Source: Camelus dromedarius (taxonomy: Eukaryota). Taken from it: a stretch of 64,000 nt of DNA. The notes under the pieces are model-generated. The model was not told where the DNA came from and searched no databases. It saw only the letters and a list, made by a program, of their open reading frames with translations. The position numbers were made by a program, and so were the translations under genes. Below are positions 1-13,600 of this stretch, piece by piece. The stretch covers positions 123,010,001 to 123,074,000 of the forward strand of contig NC_087436.1 of NCBI RefSeq assembly GCF_036321535.1, given 5' to 3'. Within the stretch, counting starts at the first letter, position 1; every line of letters starts with the position of its first letter.

Positions 1-1516
1 GATGCTGCGATCTCGTGAAGCCCACCACTGCGTGTGGCGCGGGCAGGACCGCCTGCCTGGGCTGGTGCGCGAGGCCCAGGCTGAACCCTCAGGGTGCTCG
101 CAGGGCAGGCGTGGTAGTGCCTGACACAGGGCACGTCAGGTCTTTGGAGGTCGGCTGTGGGTATGCTCGGCGGAGCCTGCACCCTCCTGGTTCCCCAAGG
201 CTTCGCCCTCCACAGTGCTCTCTCTGGCTGCTCTGCCACCGATGGAATTAATTTAAAAAGACCTCTCTTAACTCTGGTTGAACATCAGGCCAGTGAACCC
301 TGACATTGCGGTGCCCCGCCCTGCACCAGCACATCCCCGTCCCCAGCCAGCCTGGCAGTTAGTCTGTCACCCTTGCTCCAGACCCTCAACAACACCTCAT
401 GAGGCCTGTGCCCCACCCGCATCCTGGGGGCCCCACCTACTCTTAGGACCCCTGTCCCCCTGGGGCCCCCGCCCCGCTGAGGATTAGGGCTAGGGCACAG
501 CACAGAGCCCAACCCAAGTCCAGAGTTGGAGGGCGGGCAGTTCCACATGTTGGGGAAAGGGGTGCACATCAGCCAGGCTGAGCAGAGGGCTCCCTGGAGG
601 GCGACGGTCGGGTCAGGAGCTTCGGGAGCCCAGGAGCTGCAGGTGTGAGGGTCCTGAGGCACTGACAGAAAGGAGGCTTGTGGCTTGAGGGGAATGAGCA
701 CAGGGGATGGTGGGAGGTGAGGTTGGAGAGAACGAGTGAGTGCCGATCGTGGGCCCTTAGGTGTGGTGACCCTGGCTCTGCATCGAGCAGGACGGGGACG
801 GGCCCTTAGTGTGTGAAGTGGGCCTTGGGAGCAAGGGAGCCGAGGTGGCCTGGGCCCTGGACCAGGGAGAGGGCAGCACGGGGCTGGGGAGAGGCTGGAC
901 TCTAGGAAGATGCTTTGAGACGTCCAGGGCAAGAACAGGGTTGGGGGTCCGGGGCCCGGGGGTGGTGGGAGCCTGTGGAGGCTGGGACCATCATAGTCAT
1001 GGAGGGGGCCGGCCACCCTATACCTGAGGTGCCCGGCTTCAAGGTCTGGGCTGTGGCCGGTTACAGCAGGCCTAAGGGTTCCTGGGCTACAGAGATGGGG
1101 AGGCACAGCCTTGAGGTGGGGAGCCCCTGAGAGCAGCGTCCTGGGGCCCAGAGCCTCGCTGTCTGGTCGTGCTCTCCCTGCACGCTCCGTTCCGCATCTG
1201 TGTGCACGTGGAGGGTGTGATGACGGAGGTGTTGCATTGATTTAAGAGTTAGTGGAGGACGCAGTGATTGTTCCCTAGAGGTACTTGGAGAGTTGGGCAC
1301 GTTTGTCTTCCTTTCCCACGTAGCTGCCACGTTGCGTGGACTCTGCAGGGAGGGGCAAGCCGATGGTAGGCAGGCGTTCCCACGGGGCGCTCCAGCGCTG
1401 GCCCGCGCCCTGGTGGGGGCTGCACACCCCCCAGCGGGCTCAGGAGGGTGTGGCTGGCGGGCGCAGGCCCGAGGTGGGTGGAGTACTCACAGCTCCCTGG
1501 TGATTGTCTCTTTTAG

Positions 1517-1659
1517 GGCAGCTGGTGGAATTTTTAAAGAAAATTGAGTCTAAAGGTCCGCTCTCGTGCGATACTGTTCTGAAGATATTTTATCAGACAT
1601 GCAGAGCGGTGCAGCACATGCACAAGCAGAAGCCACCTATCATCCACAGAGACCTCAAG
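1517..1659 (+). CDS. GAK: GAK exon 5 equivalent (kinase, ...PIIHRDLK)
   Basis: ttttag| ... AAG|gtacgg; 143 nt; [47 protein letters not shown]. Confidence 0.97.
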
Positions 1660-4600
1660 GTACGGCCCCACTGCCCTCCCTCCACGCCATGCCCGCCCAG
1701 CCCCTGCACCTGTCGGGCCTGCTAGCCGTGAGCAGAGCCCTCCCCAAGTCCTCCCACTTGGCTGGAGCACACAGGGCCCCCTCCCCACGCCCAGCAGGCC
1801 TCCACGGGGTGCTCCTCTCCTGCGGGTGCCGGTGTGGGCACGGGCGGGGGCCCTGATGCTAGGGTAGGACTGGGCCCTGGCATGGAACCAGGAGGACGGT
1901 GACTGCTCCTCTCTGCTGCTCTGGCCGCCACCCTTCCGTCACCCCACTGGGGCCCAGCCTGGCCTGCCCTGCTGCCTACAGCCAGGGCCTGCGTTTCACC
2001 ACAGGGCTGCCTCCTGCAGTGATGCCACATGTCCTAGGCCTGGGGCTTCGTCCGTGCGGGGAGCTGCCCTTTGTCATTTTGCTGCCTGGTTGGGGGGCAT
2101 CTGAGTAGTGATTTTGCCTTTTCCTGATTAACGAAAAAGTCGAGCATTTCTGCTGTGTTTATGCTCTTTGGTGCCTTCGATCTTTGCTTACCTGTCTAGT
2201 TTTCCCCTTTTTTATTGTCTGTTGGTTTGATTTTGTACATCCTTACAACAGTCTTTTTAAAGTTACATGTGTTGCAAATATCTTCTCCCTGTTTCTGGCC
2301 TCGTTTTATTAATTACCCAGTGTCCACGAAGCTAGTGCCCCAACTTTGACCACGTCTCAGGGTGGCCGCGGCCCCCTGGTCCTCCCCGCTAAAGAATTTT
2401 AAAGCAGACCCAAGACATGCTGTTTCTCTCCAGGTGCTTTCATGGAAATAAGGATGTTTCTAATGCAGCGGAAACACCCGGCAGCCTCAGCAGGACTAAA
2501 GCCCCTCAGTGCAACCTCAGATGCAGTCTGGCCAGCCCTCCCCAGGTTGCCCTCCCCGGGTTGCCCCCCCCCCCCCGGTTGCCCTCCCCAGGTTTTCTGT
2601 GTGGTGGGCTCTTCTTAGGCACAGCGCACCCCACGGCCCGGTGGCTGAGTAGGTTGTCAGATGGGCATTGACAGCCCTGTCCGTGGGCATGGCACCTTCC
2701 TATGGACGTGAACCTCGGATGAGTCTGGCCTTTCTTGTTTGTTCCTGGACCCGAGGGGCCTGGTGTAAGGTGACAAGTCAACTTGGCTGTAGAAACCTGT
2801 GGGATGGGAGCCACTTCCCAGGCCCCGGGCCTGCAGAAGGGCTGTCAGGGACACCTGGGCGGCGGTGGTCCTGGAGGGAGAAGGCCTTCTCTGCCCTCGG
2901 CCGTGCGGCTGGTGACTTCCTCGTGCCATCGAGACTCTTGTGCTTCACGTGCTGTGCGCGCGTGTGTGTGTGTGTGTGTGTGTGTGTATTTTTTTCTCCT
3001 TAAAGGAAAGTGAAAGACTAGAAGGATGGCATTAGTGAAGACTTGGTGTTTGTGAGCTTGGCCTGGGATTGACTCCTCTCCTCGGTGCTGCGTGTGTGCG
3101 GCGGCCCAGTGCTGGGACTCCCTCCAAGCCTCCCAGGTGGTGCTCTGGAAGGGCAGGCAGGACGCGGGGGCCGGGGCTCCCCCAGGCTGGCCCCCTCCGT
3201 GCTCTGCAGCTGTGCCTGGCTCCCCTGGATGCCGCGGGCTGTGGACTGGGCATCCGTATGTTCCAGACACAAGTGTCAGCCCTGGGGCCCCACGTCCCTC
3301 TTGCTGTTAGTGACAGCTGTTTGCTTTACTTTTTGCTGTATGCCCTGCTCCTTCCTCATGCCCTTTTGCCTTTTGCTCTTTGGGGTCATCACGTGAGGGA
3401 CCCACAGTGCAGGGTCTCGTGTCAAGCTGTTGCTCAGTGTTGTGACTTTGAGGCTTATCCACCTTGGGTCGTCCATGCTCAGCAGAGCCAGTGCGCTGCA
3501 CCTGGTGGCTCCCCACTCTGTGCCTGTAGCCAGCGGCGCTGCTCTGAGCCTCAGGACGCCCGTGTCCTGGGCGTGGCCCCTGGATGCTGTGGGGCATGGC
3601 TGGGGACGTTCCCACCGCAGCACTTGGTCGCCCTGTGCCCGTGCTTGGCTGGCCCTTGGTGGTCAGTCTCAGCTGATGTGTGGATTCAGTGGGCTTTCTT
3701 CTGAGAACACTGCTCGTCCTGTGTCGTCCTGCTCGTGGGCATGTGGGTGTCCTCTCAGGCAGTGCTGTGCCCCTCATGGCAGCAGCAGCCCGCTCAGTGC
3801 ATGAGGGCAGACCTCGCTCCCCCCGCTGCATTCTCACTCGGTCGTTCCTTCGCGCTTGGGGGGCAGGTCTTTCTGGGTGCGTCATTGGGGGTCCTAGGCA
3901 GCCTCTCTCTGCCTTCTGTACCATGGCTTCACGGTGGGCTTACGTCTGGTTCTCTAGGACCGTGTGGCTCTTTTTGGACCTTGGTGTCTCCACACGCAGG
4001 CATCTTGGTGATGCTGCGCATTCTATCCAGACCAGTAAAGCAGATGCAGCGGCAAAGTGAGTCCCGTGGCGTCTGTCTCCCGGTGCCTCTGGAAGTTGCG
4101 TTCACACGGTGCTGTGCTTTGTTAGTGGGCAGTGGCCTGTGTGTAAGGAACAGCGTCTGTACTTCAGTGAGAAGATACCGTATTGCTAGAAGTGCGGACC
4201 ATCGTCCGCGCCTTCAGTGAGTCGCAGCAGTGACATCACAGGTCACTGGTCACAGACACCACAACAAGTACAGTGATGGTGACAAAGTTTGAAATATTGC
4301 GAGATTTTCCAGAGCGTGACACGGAGACAGGAAGTGCGTGGTGCTGTTGGAGAAACGGTGCCGACAGACTCTCGAGGCTGGGCTGCTGCGACCTCTGTAT
4401 ATGAAAGGCTCAGGAACGTGAGGTTTGCCTGTAAACTTTGGATCAGTTTGTTAGCTCCCACCCAGAAAAGTTTTGGGAATCCGGTTGAAGTTGCCTCAGA
4501 TCTCCCGACCGAGCGGCTCAGAAGCAGCCACAGGCTGTCTGGTTGAGCAGGCGTGGCCGGGTCAGCAGAACTGCTCCCCCACTGTGTCTTGAAACACTGG

Positions 4601-7600
4601 TCTTTTGATTTTTTTTTTTTCTGTTTAAAAAATAAAAGCCATTCTGAATGTGGGCCTGCGGAGGCCACAGTGCTGGGCTGGCTTCCAGGGCATTGGGGCG
4701 GGCTTGTGTCTTTCCTCTTAGGTATACAGTCTTGTTCCCTCTTCATTTTGGATTTTAAAATTCATCACAGCTCATTTCTGAACAGGGGGTCTTCTGTGTG
4801 TCTGTTGTTGGATACCTTCCTGTTATGGGTGCACTTGATGATTTCAAGTGGTGTTTTTTTCGCCTTCTGAGGTTTATGAAGGCTTTCATTGTAGATACCA
4901 CCTTATTAGTTTATCTTTCTTTGATTTGTGGTTGGTTTTAGCTTCCTTTTATTTTTCTGAAGTCCTCATTTTAAAGGTACATACACCAGTTTTGATCAGA
5001 GAGGTTTCCTGTTTGCCCAGGAAAACGCTGGCTACTCTACCCTCCGAGCCCCTCCCCTCGGGGCACCCTGCCCTGTGCCGGAGCCCTGGGTGTTTTTCCA
5101 CCGCCCAGCTTGCTCCCCAAGCTCACGAAGACTGTCTTCTGGAATTTTGCAGGTTGAAAACTTACTACTCAGTAACCAGGGGACCATTAAGCTGTGTGAC
5201 TTTGGCAGTGCCACGACCATATCCCACTACCCCGACTACAGCTGGAGCGCCCAGCGGCGGGCCCTCGTGGAGGAGGAGGTGAGTGGGGCTGCTGGGCTGG
5301 CCGGGCTGGCGGGCTGGGCGCCGGGACACCAAACCCTGTGTCTGCATCACTCTTCGCATCCCAGACCTGCCTCTGAGTGTCCTATGGCTTTTTTTTTTTT
5401 TTTTGCACCTTTTTTTGTTGTAGTAAAGCATATAACATAAAATTTACTATCTTAACCATTTTTAAGCTTGCAGTTCACTGGTGTTAAGTACGTTCACATC
5501 CTTGTGCAACTGTCCCACCATCCGTCTCCAGAACTTTTTCGTTTAAAATAAGTCATTAAAAAATATAACTTCAAGGAGATTTGGCAGCTCCCACAGGTGA
5601 CCCCAAAGGAGGTTGGAGGGCGTGCTCGGAGCACGTGTGCGTGGAAGGCAGCACTGAGTGGGAGCAGACACACCCTGGTGTCGGGATCGTCCGGGAGGGT
5701 GGGCGCTGTCCACACACTCGCCACTGCACCCTCCTGCTGCTAACTTGGACTTCGGTAAACGGCCGCAGAAACTGCACAAACAAAACCATGTGAGACAGAA
5801 AAACAACAATGAGCGGAGAGGGCAGGGGTCCTGGGGAAGACATGTTCCGAAAAGGAGCGCAGAGATGGGGGATTCTGCTATAGGCGGTGCCCTGTTCCCG
5901 GAGGTTGTCTGTCCCTCAGGACCTGCCCTGTTGGAAGCATTTATAAGAAAGTCGGTCCCAGCAAAGTGCCCACGTCTCAGTGCTGCAAACCGCGTTCTCC
6001 TCAGGTTGGCTGGCAGGGATGGGGGTGAAAGGAGGCCTTGGCCGGGCACGCTGGGGCCGGGCTGGGGCCCAGGAAGGCCTGGTTTTGTGACTACCTCCCG
6101 GGGCTCTGAGTCGTGTCCCCTGAACAGACCCCCACCATCGAGTGCACTGCATATCAGGGACTGGCCACTCTGACCTCGAGGCCAAGGTGTAGTGTCTTGC
6201 TCTGCGGCTGCGTGACCACCGCGGCTCCTCCACGCCTGCCGTGCCCGGGGACCGGAACCCTGTGCCTTATCTGTTGTTCGTGAGGCCTCATGGATGTGGT
6301 TCTTGTCATTGCTCGGGCCTCTGCATGTCAGTGGTTATTTTGGTGCTGAAATGTGCGGGTGTGCTTTGTGCTGGTTCCTGTATTCCTTGACATCCGTTGC
6401 TTTGGAGTGTTTGCCTCTTTTCTGCAGCGGCAGGACGCGCCTGCCTGGCCCACCCCGTCATCCCTGATCCTGCAGGAGCGCTGCCCTCTGTGTGGGGGCA
6501 GGGCCTGTGCGTGAATGGCACGGAGATCCCCTGCCCTCAGGAACACACACGCCTGCCCCCCCGCCCCACCCTGCGTGCATGTCCGTCCCAGCGGGAGCCT
6601 GGCCCCGCTGCAGCCTGTGCTGGAGCTGGGAGCTCCAGGGTCGCTAGGAAAACCAAACCTCTCAGAAGAGCTCAGGGTTTGCCTGTGGTTCTTTTCTCGG
6701 CCTCTTGTGCGGCCCAGACCCAGGGTGGGTCTGTTAGGCTGCTCGACCGAAACACATCTGGGTTTATTTATCTTGTATCTTTCATCTTATTTTTAAGTTA
6801 ACAGACTCTATCTTGAGAGCGGTTCCGGGTTCCCCGAAGAGCTGATGTGCAGGCAGAGCCTGGCCCACATCCCCTGCCCATGTCCCCCAGTCGCCCTCGC
6901 TGCGTCCTGCTTCACCTTCCGAGTTTCCTTCTCCCGAGGAGCAGGCAGATGTGTCTGCTCTCGTGCCTTCTGTCTGCTTTCTCTCTCCTGAGTCAGTCCT
7001 GAGTTGAGTGGGACCGTCTTTGTCCCTTCGTGTGCACGGGTCTCCGTGTGGCACCGTCTGGGACGTCGGCTGTGTGCAGCCTCACCGCTGCAGAGGGTAG
7101 TTTCCTGCGTGTCACGACGTGTGTTCAGGGCGCGATCCTGGAAGCGTGATCGCTGGGTTGAAAGGTCCGGGCCATACGTACAGCTGCTCAGTGGAGGTGT
7201 GTCGCCCGCATGCTCCTGGTGCTCACGGGAGCCTGCCCTGCCCAGCAGGGGCCGGTTGTGGTGGGCTACTCTGGGCTCTTGTACACCTTTGTCCATGCAG
7301 GCATGTATCGGCGAGGGGCTGCGGCCTCGCCTGCTCGCCCCGCCTGGGCTGGCGTCCTGCGTGCTTACTCTTGCAAAGCACATGTTGCCATGGGGAGCAG
7401 TGGCCCCCCGCTCCCCCGGGCCTGTCCCTGTCCTCTGCCTGGGCCAGTGTGTCTGCTGTCTGTCAGGTGCGCTTGGTCGTGGCTGGGCGTCCTGCAGACG
7501 TGGGTGGCGGGCGTTCCACGGAAGCCCTGAGACAGCAGGCGGGTTTGGCTTCCGTACGTCTCCGTCAGGGGTTTCTCTGTTGAGGGGCTTGTTGGGAAGC

Positions 7601-10600
7601 TCCTTTGAGGACACCGCTGCCTTCACAGGTGCTGAGCCGGCTTGCACGCCTGGCTCGCTGCGCCACCCTGGGCCTGGTCTCCGGACTGGCAGCGGGAAGC
7701 TGTGGCGCGGGACCGCGGTGCCGCGTAACTGGTGTTGCGTGCACGTGGCTTTCCCTTTGACATGTCTGTGTCCTCCCTTCAGATCACCAGGAACACGACC
7801 CCCATGTACCGGACACCGGAGATCGTGGACTTGTACTCCAACTTCCCAATCGGCGAGAAGCAGGACATCTGGGTGAGGCTGCTCGCCCGCGGAGCTGGGG
7901 CAGCCCTGCACGGGGGGGGGGGGGGGGGGGGGGCCGGCGCGAGGCCCCGGGGCGCAGCCTCCATCTGCTGTCCCCTCGGCCTCCTGCTTTCTTTTCCTCC
8001 TCCTTTTCCTTCATCTTTTTTAGCGGCACTTGTGACTGCTGTTGGCGGAGCCTAGGTGGCTAGGAGCTGGGTTGGGGGTCAGCGCGAGGCAGCGTGGGCA
8101 GAAGTCCTGGCCCAAGAATGTCTGCTCTCCTGGTTGGAGCCCGTCAGGGGGCTGGAGGGTCACAAAGCCACTGGTCACAGGGCCAGATGCCACACGTCCC
8201 AAGCGGCCTTGCAGCTTAAGCTGACCTGGGGGTAGCCAAAGCGAGGGCTAAGCCCAGTGCCTTGGGAAGAGATCTCAGTGAGGCTGGGCCGGACGCTGGG
8301 GCAACCTTTCCCTGCCCCTCTCCTGGTTCATGTCCCAGCAATGCCATCGTGGGATGAGTGTGGTGTCTGCTCCGCCTCTGTTTAGCATCAGAGCACAGAG
8401 CTTGGGGAGCACAGTGCTGAGCACACAGTGCTTCCCCTCCCCATCTGAGGGGTCTTGCAGCCTCCCCAGTGTCCCTTCTAAGAGCAGGGACAGGTGACCC
8501 TGAACCACCGCACCTCGGGGCTCGTGGTCTAGGCCCGACGGGGCCATGTCCAGTGCCAGCCCCACAGTGAACATGAGAGCCCCTGTCCTGGGAGTAGATG
8601 GAGACTAAGATGTGAGCTGGTTGGCTCCAAGTGGACGCCGTCAGCCTGTCCCTGGTGAGGGTGCACGTGCACACACGTCAGTGAAAGGTGGACCTGGAAC
8701 CGCGCGCTTCGGGCTTGGCCTGTCTGGGCCCAGCATGTGCTGCTCAGCCTGAGATGCAGGGTAGGCTCTGGTGCCTCCAACATCCCCCGTGGCCAGGTGC
8801 TGGGATAGGAGAAGCCAGGAGAAGACACATCTGGGTTCAGGGCCAGTTCTGTGGAGCCCCAACCTGCCCTGGGTGTGCCCTGTCCCACATCTTCTTAACA
8901 CTGAGGAGCGCGGCCGGGCGTCTCCTTGTGGTTGCCCGGCCTCCAGATCCCCGCCCGTGACTGGGAGCTTTCCATTTCGAAAGGATTTTTTTTATCAGAA
9001 AACAAGAGTTCGGTGTTTGTTGAATGCTCTGATCTCGATGGGCAGTGGCTGGCGTGGGTGGACGCGGCCAGACGAGGGGGAGCCTTGGTCAATCCAGGGG
9101 GCCTGGCTGTGACCGCCCCTCGCCCTGTTCCCTGCAGGCCCTGGGCTGCATCCTGTACCTGCTGTGCTTCCGGCAGCACCCCTTCGAGGATGGAGCGAAG
9201 CTCCGCATAGTCAACGGGAAGTACTCCATCCCTGCTGGCGATACACGCTACTCCGTGTTCCATGATCTCATCCGTAAGTCGTGTGCAGGGCCTGCAGGGC
9301 ACGCCTCCTGGCAGGTCCAGGCAGCTGCCCTGCTCAGCCCCGAGTGGTTGGTTTTGGTGATTTTGTTCCATCACACCTGCTTGCTTGTAAAACCGGTAAC
9401 GAAAGCAAAGCTCAGGGTCTCAGGGGGTCCATAGCCCCTGCAAAGCCAGCCATGCCGCCTGCCCCCTCGGGACCCCGGCTCCAGTGGCCTGGGGACAAGC
9501 ACACACTGTCTCTGCCACAGGCGCCACCCTCAAGGTCAACCCCGAGGAGCGTCTGTCCATCAGCGAGCTGGTGAACCAGCTCCAGGAGATCGCGGCCGCC
9601 CGGAACGTGAACCCCAAGGCACCCATCACTGAGGTAGGCCCTCCGTGTTGCTGGTGGTTGCACAGTCTTCATGCTGCCCTAGCGTTGGGTGACCCAGCCC
9701 TCGAGGGGCTTGCACCCATCAGGCAGGCAGGAGCCCCCGAGGATGGGGTCCCTGGAGTCGGGAGTAAAGCGGGGGTGGGGCTCCCGGGGCGCAGGGCAGG
9801 AGGTGGAGACAGTCCTGGCGCGTCAGGCAGCAGCTGTCACGTGAGGAGGAGGGAGCGAAGTGGGCGTGGTTCAGATGGGACTCGGGTCTAGGAGGGCAGT
9901 GAGCACCACGGGGGTGGGCCTGGGGCTCCCGTGGCATCTTACAGAGGATGTGTGCCCCCAGGGCTCAGCAGAGGGTCAGGTGGTGGTGCAGTTGGGGCGG
10001 TCAGCCGGCACACGTGCTCAGGGTTGCTGTGTGCAGCGGGTGGAGGTGCTGATGGATGGATGCAGGCCGCTGATCAGCAGGCTCCTGAGTGTGTCCTGCT
10101 CTGAGCACCCCCAGGGTCCGGGACCTGCGGCGCAGAAGATAAGCCCCTGTAGCGGGCAGCGCCCAAGGGTGGGAGCATGGAGAAGGCTGAGGCATGGGGA
10201 TGAAGAGTGTGTGGGAGGGAGAGGGACGGACGAGGGGCTGGGGCGCAGTGCGGGGAGAAGGTGTGTGCCTTTGAGGAGCTGACGAAACAGCTAGACGGAA
10301 GTGGGAGTTGGTGTGAAATGAGACGGTCGATCTGGTAGACACGTGTCTCCCGCAAGCGAACCTGTTCTCTTTAAGAGCCCAGGGGGCGTTAGCATTAACG
10401 TCTGCCTGCTGGTCACAAGGAAAGACAACATTTCATCGTACTCCACAGAATCAGTAACACATATATTTGAGCTTAACGTGGTAAAACATAAACCCAATGA
10501 GAACATTTCGTAAAATCCTACGGGAAACCGTAAAGGATTTCTGAATATCTTATAAAAATTGTAGCCACGGGAACTGTGGCCTGCTTACGACAGAGTGAGT

Positions 10601-13600
10601 TTGTGGCTGACACTCCAGTGGGCTGGGTGGGGGCTACAGCCAGGCTTCCAGACTGGTGCTGACACCCGGGGCTCCAAAGAAGGTTTTCGTGTCGTGGCTG
10701 CCGCCAGCGCCTGCCTTGGGTTGTGTCTCCCGCGTTCCTGCTTGCGGCCAGGCCTGGGGTGCAGACCACCAGGCCCCACGCGGCATCGTTGACAGCAGGG
10801 ACAGCCTGTGTCGGGAACGTGCGCCTGATTGGTCCTAGGTGTCAGCCCTGTTGTCCAACCTGTGGGAGGTTTCTTCATGATTTTGTCTTAAACTAGGTGG
10901 AGAGAGAAGGGTTGATGTGGGCCACGTGCCCGAAGTGCATGGCGCCCTGTGCTGGCGTCTGAGGATTCTCCGCAGCGAGAAGCGGTGTGCACTGTGCCCT
11001 GACTGGTGTTTGATCGTTGCAGCTCCTGGAGCAGAGTGGAGGCTACGGGAACGTGGCCCCTCCTGGGGGCCTCACAAGCAGCAGCTGCAGTGGAGGTGAG
11101 CACCCCACGCACGCGCCTGCGATTGGCAGAGGCCCCAGGCCCTGCCCTTGAGCCTTGTGGCCTGATGGCGCGAGGCTGCACCTGCAGGGTCCCAGGGCCA
11201 GCCCCACGTCCATGGCTCCCGCGCACCCAGAACTTCAGGCCGTGGTTTAGGACGGGGAAGGAGGGCAGAGCCCAAGCGCCAGCTGCCCCTCCCCATGTGG
11301 TCGGGGCAGCCCTGGTCCTCTGAGCCCTGGTGCCTGACTTGCAGGTCTGGGGTGACCATGGGCACTGCCACCTACCCCTGTGGCTGATTTGGCCCATGGC
11401 TCCCACGAGCCACTGGAAAGTGTGGCCCCTGCCCAGGCAGGTGAGGATCCACCTTCCAGGGCTGGCCAGCAGCGAGCACGAGGCTGGGAGCCTCAGAAGG
11501 GGTGCCAGGAAACAGTGTGGTCAGATCAGGGGCCGAGGGGCCAGTTCTGCTGGTCTGAAAGTGCAGGCCGTGGCGGGGAGTGGAGGTGGAGCTGGTAGGC
11601 TTTCCTCATGACTCATGTCACCTTAGCTGAGCGATTTGCGCACTGATTGTGTGGTGTGTGCCAGGGCAGGTCTGGTTGCCCAGTGCCAGCGTAACATAGC
11701 ATGTCCCGGGAGGGCCTGGGCTGGAGCTTAGTGCGGCCGTGCTGCCCAGAAGGTTCTGAGAGCTGTGCCAGGGCGCGCTTCTCTGCCCTGTGCCCCCAGG
11801 CCATTGGCCACCTCGCTGTCAGGCTGTGAGTCCAGCCCCCGTGTCCTCCTGCCGCTCTTCCTTTTCAGGGAGGGTCATCTTGGCAGGTGGCCGGCCTGAG
11901 TCCTGGCCCCATGTCCTGGCTCTGTGTCCATGCGTTGTGGGTCCAGCACGGCCAGGGCCCACTGGTCACTGCCTTGCGAAGGGCCAGCATGGACACACAC
12001 ATGAGGTTCATCAGCCATGTCTCAGAGCTGACTGACAGCCCGAAGGCCCCTTGTGTCAGGTTCCGCCCAGTTCTCTGACGTCTACTGTTGCCGCCTGGTC
12101 ATAGAGGCCCTGAAGAGGCCACAGATGACTGTGTGGCACGGGTGTGCGTGTAGCCCTGCCTCCTCTCTTCACGCTGACTTTTAGCACCATCACCACCTCT
12201 GCAGACCACACCCCTGGGGACCCTGACATTTCGGGGCCCACCTTTGGGTGTCACCACTCTGGTCACATCTGGACTGTGGCCAGGAGGCCCCTGCCTGCAG
12301 ACTGAGCTGTAGCTCACGTGGCCTTTCTGTGCCTGGCTGGGACCACCCACCCACATGTCCTCGCTCCCACACCCTTCTCTCCCTGATCATCTATGGCCTC
12401 TGTGTCTGCTGGTGTCCCCGTACCTTGGGGACTGGCTGATTGCCTGGCTGGGCTGTGGCATGTGGCTGTCAGTGCTGGAGTCCGTACTGGTGTCCAGCAG
12501 ATTCTGGGAGTGAGCTGAGTGAACATCCTGCAGATGGGGACGGAGGGCTGTGTGTGCCAAGAGGCTCCAGCCCGCTGATGGCGGCCAGTTTCCTCCCTTG
12601 CTGGGGGGCCAGGGGTGCCGGGCGCTGGACGGTTCTCCTGGAGTGCTGGCGGTGGTGGCCGGATGTGCAGCCTATGGGTTCTGGACGTGCCCCGCCCACC
12701 AAAGCCTGTCTCTCTTGCAGGCCTGGCAGTGGCAGAGTACGACCAGCCCTACGGCGGGCTCCTGGACATCCTGCGGGGGGGCACCGAGCGCCTCTTCACC
12801 AACATCAAGGACACCTCCTCCAAGGTCATCCAGTCGGTCGCCAAGTGAGTCAGGGGCGTACAGGCACGTGGTGTCTCCGCAGTGAGATTTCCGAGCCCTG
12901 GGCACAGCCCCGTCTCCAAAGCTGGGAGAACCCATGCTTGCGGCCACGGGTGAGCGTGCTGAGCTCAGTGCCTGCGTGGCCTCAGCTGTCGGGCCCAGAC
13001 CTGGGGCTGGGCTTGGTGCTGCTGGTGGGGGTGGCCCCATGTCTGCCCCCGCCATGGAGGATGTGTGGTGGGCAAGCGGGTGGGCAGGCGCTGGCGGTGT
13101 CACTCTCCTCGAGGGAGGCCCCGGCCTCGGCACCCCTCATGTCTGCGCTGCCCCTTCCTCCGGGGCCACAGGACACAGCCTGCCTGGCTGTGCTGCTGAG
13201 CTTCGACCAGGAGCTCTCAGGAGTGCCACCTACCTTGTCCAGGGTGGCACTTTGTCTGCGTTTGTGAGATCCACGGTCCTGCAGTGCCCACAAGCACCTG
13301 TTGGCCGCATTTCCCTTGTCCATCCTTTGTGCCATGGTTGCTTTGTGTCCATACCTGTTGGCAGCACAGGCGAAGGTAGATGTGCACACGTGAGTGAGTG
13401 CCTGTGTGTGTGTGTTGTACGTGAGGGCTGGTGTGCAGGCATGCGTGTGCGTGTGTGTGTCATGCAGTTGGTGGGCTCCGTGGCTCTCACAGGCTCTATC
13501 TCCAACGTGGTCTATCTGATGAGAAGGACCTTGCTTCCCACCGCAGGCTGGGTGTCCAGCAGGGCAGGGCAGCTGCTCACACCTGCGTCATATGGCCCTT

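Noticed and set aside
6808..7911. 367-aa minus-strand ORF and other long ORFs (285-1106, 12440-13782, 15684-16484, 53984-54772)
   Set aside because: Pro/Gly/Ala/Arg-rich with no recognisable domain. Stops are rare in GC-rich DNA, so long open frames are expected by chance.
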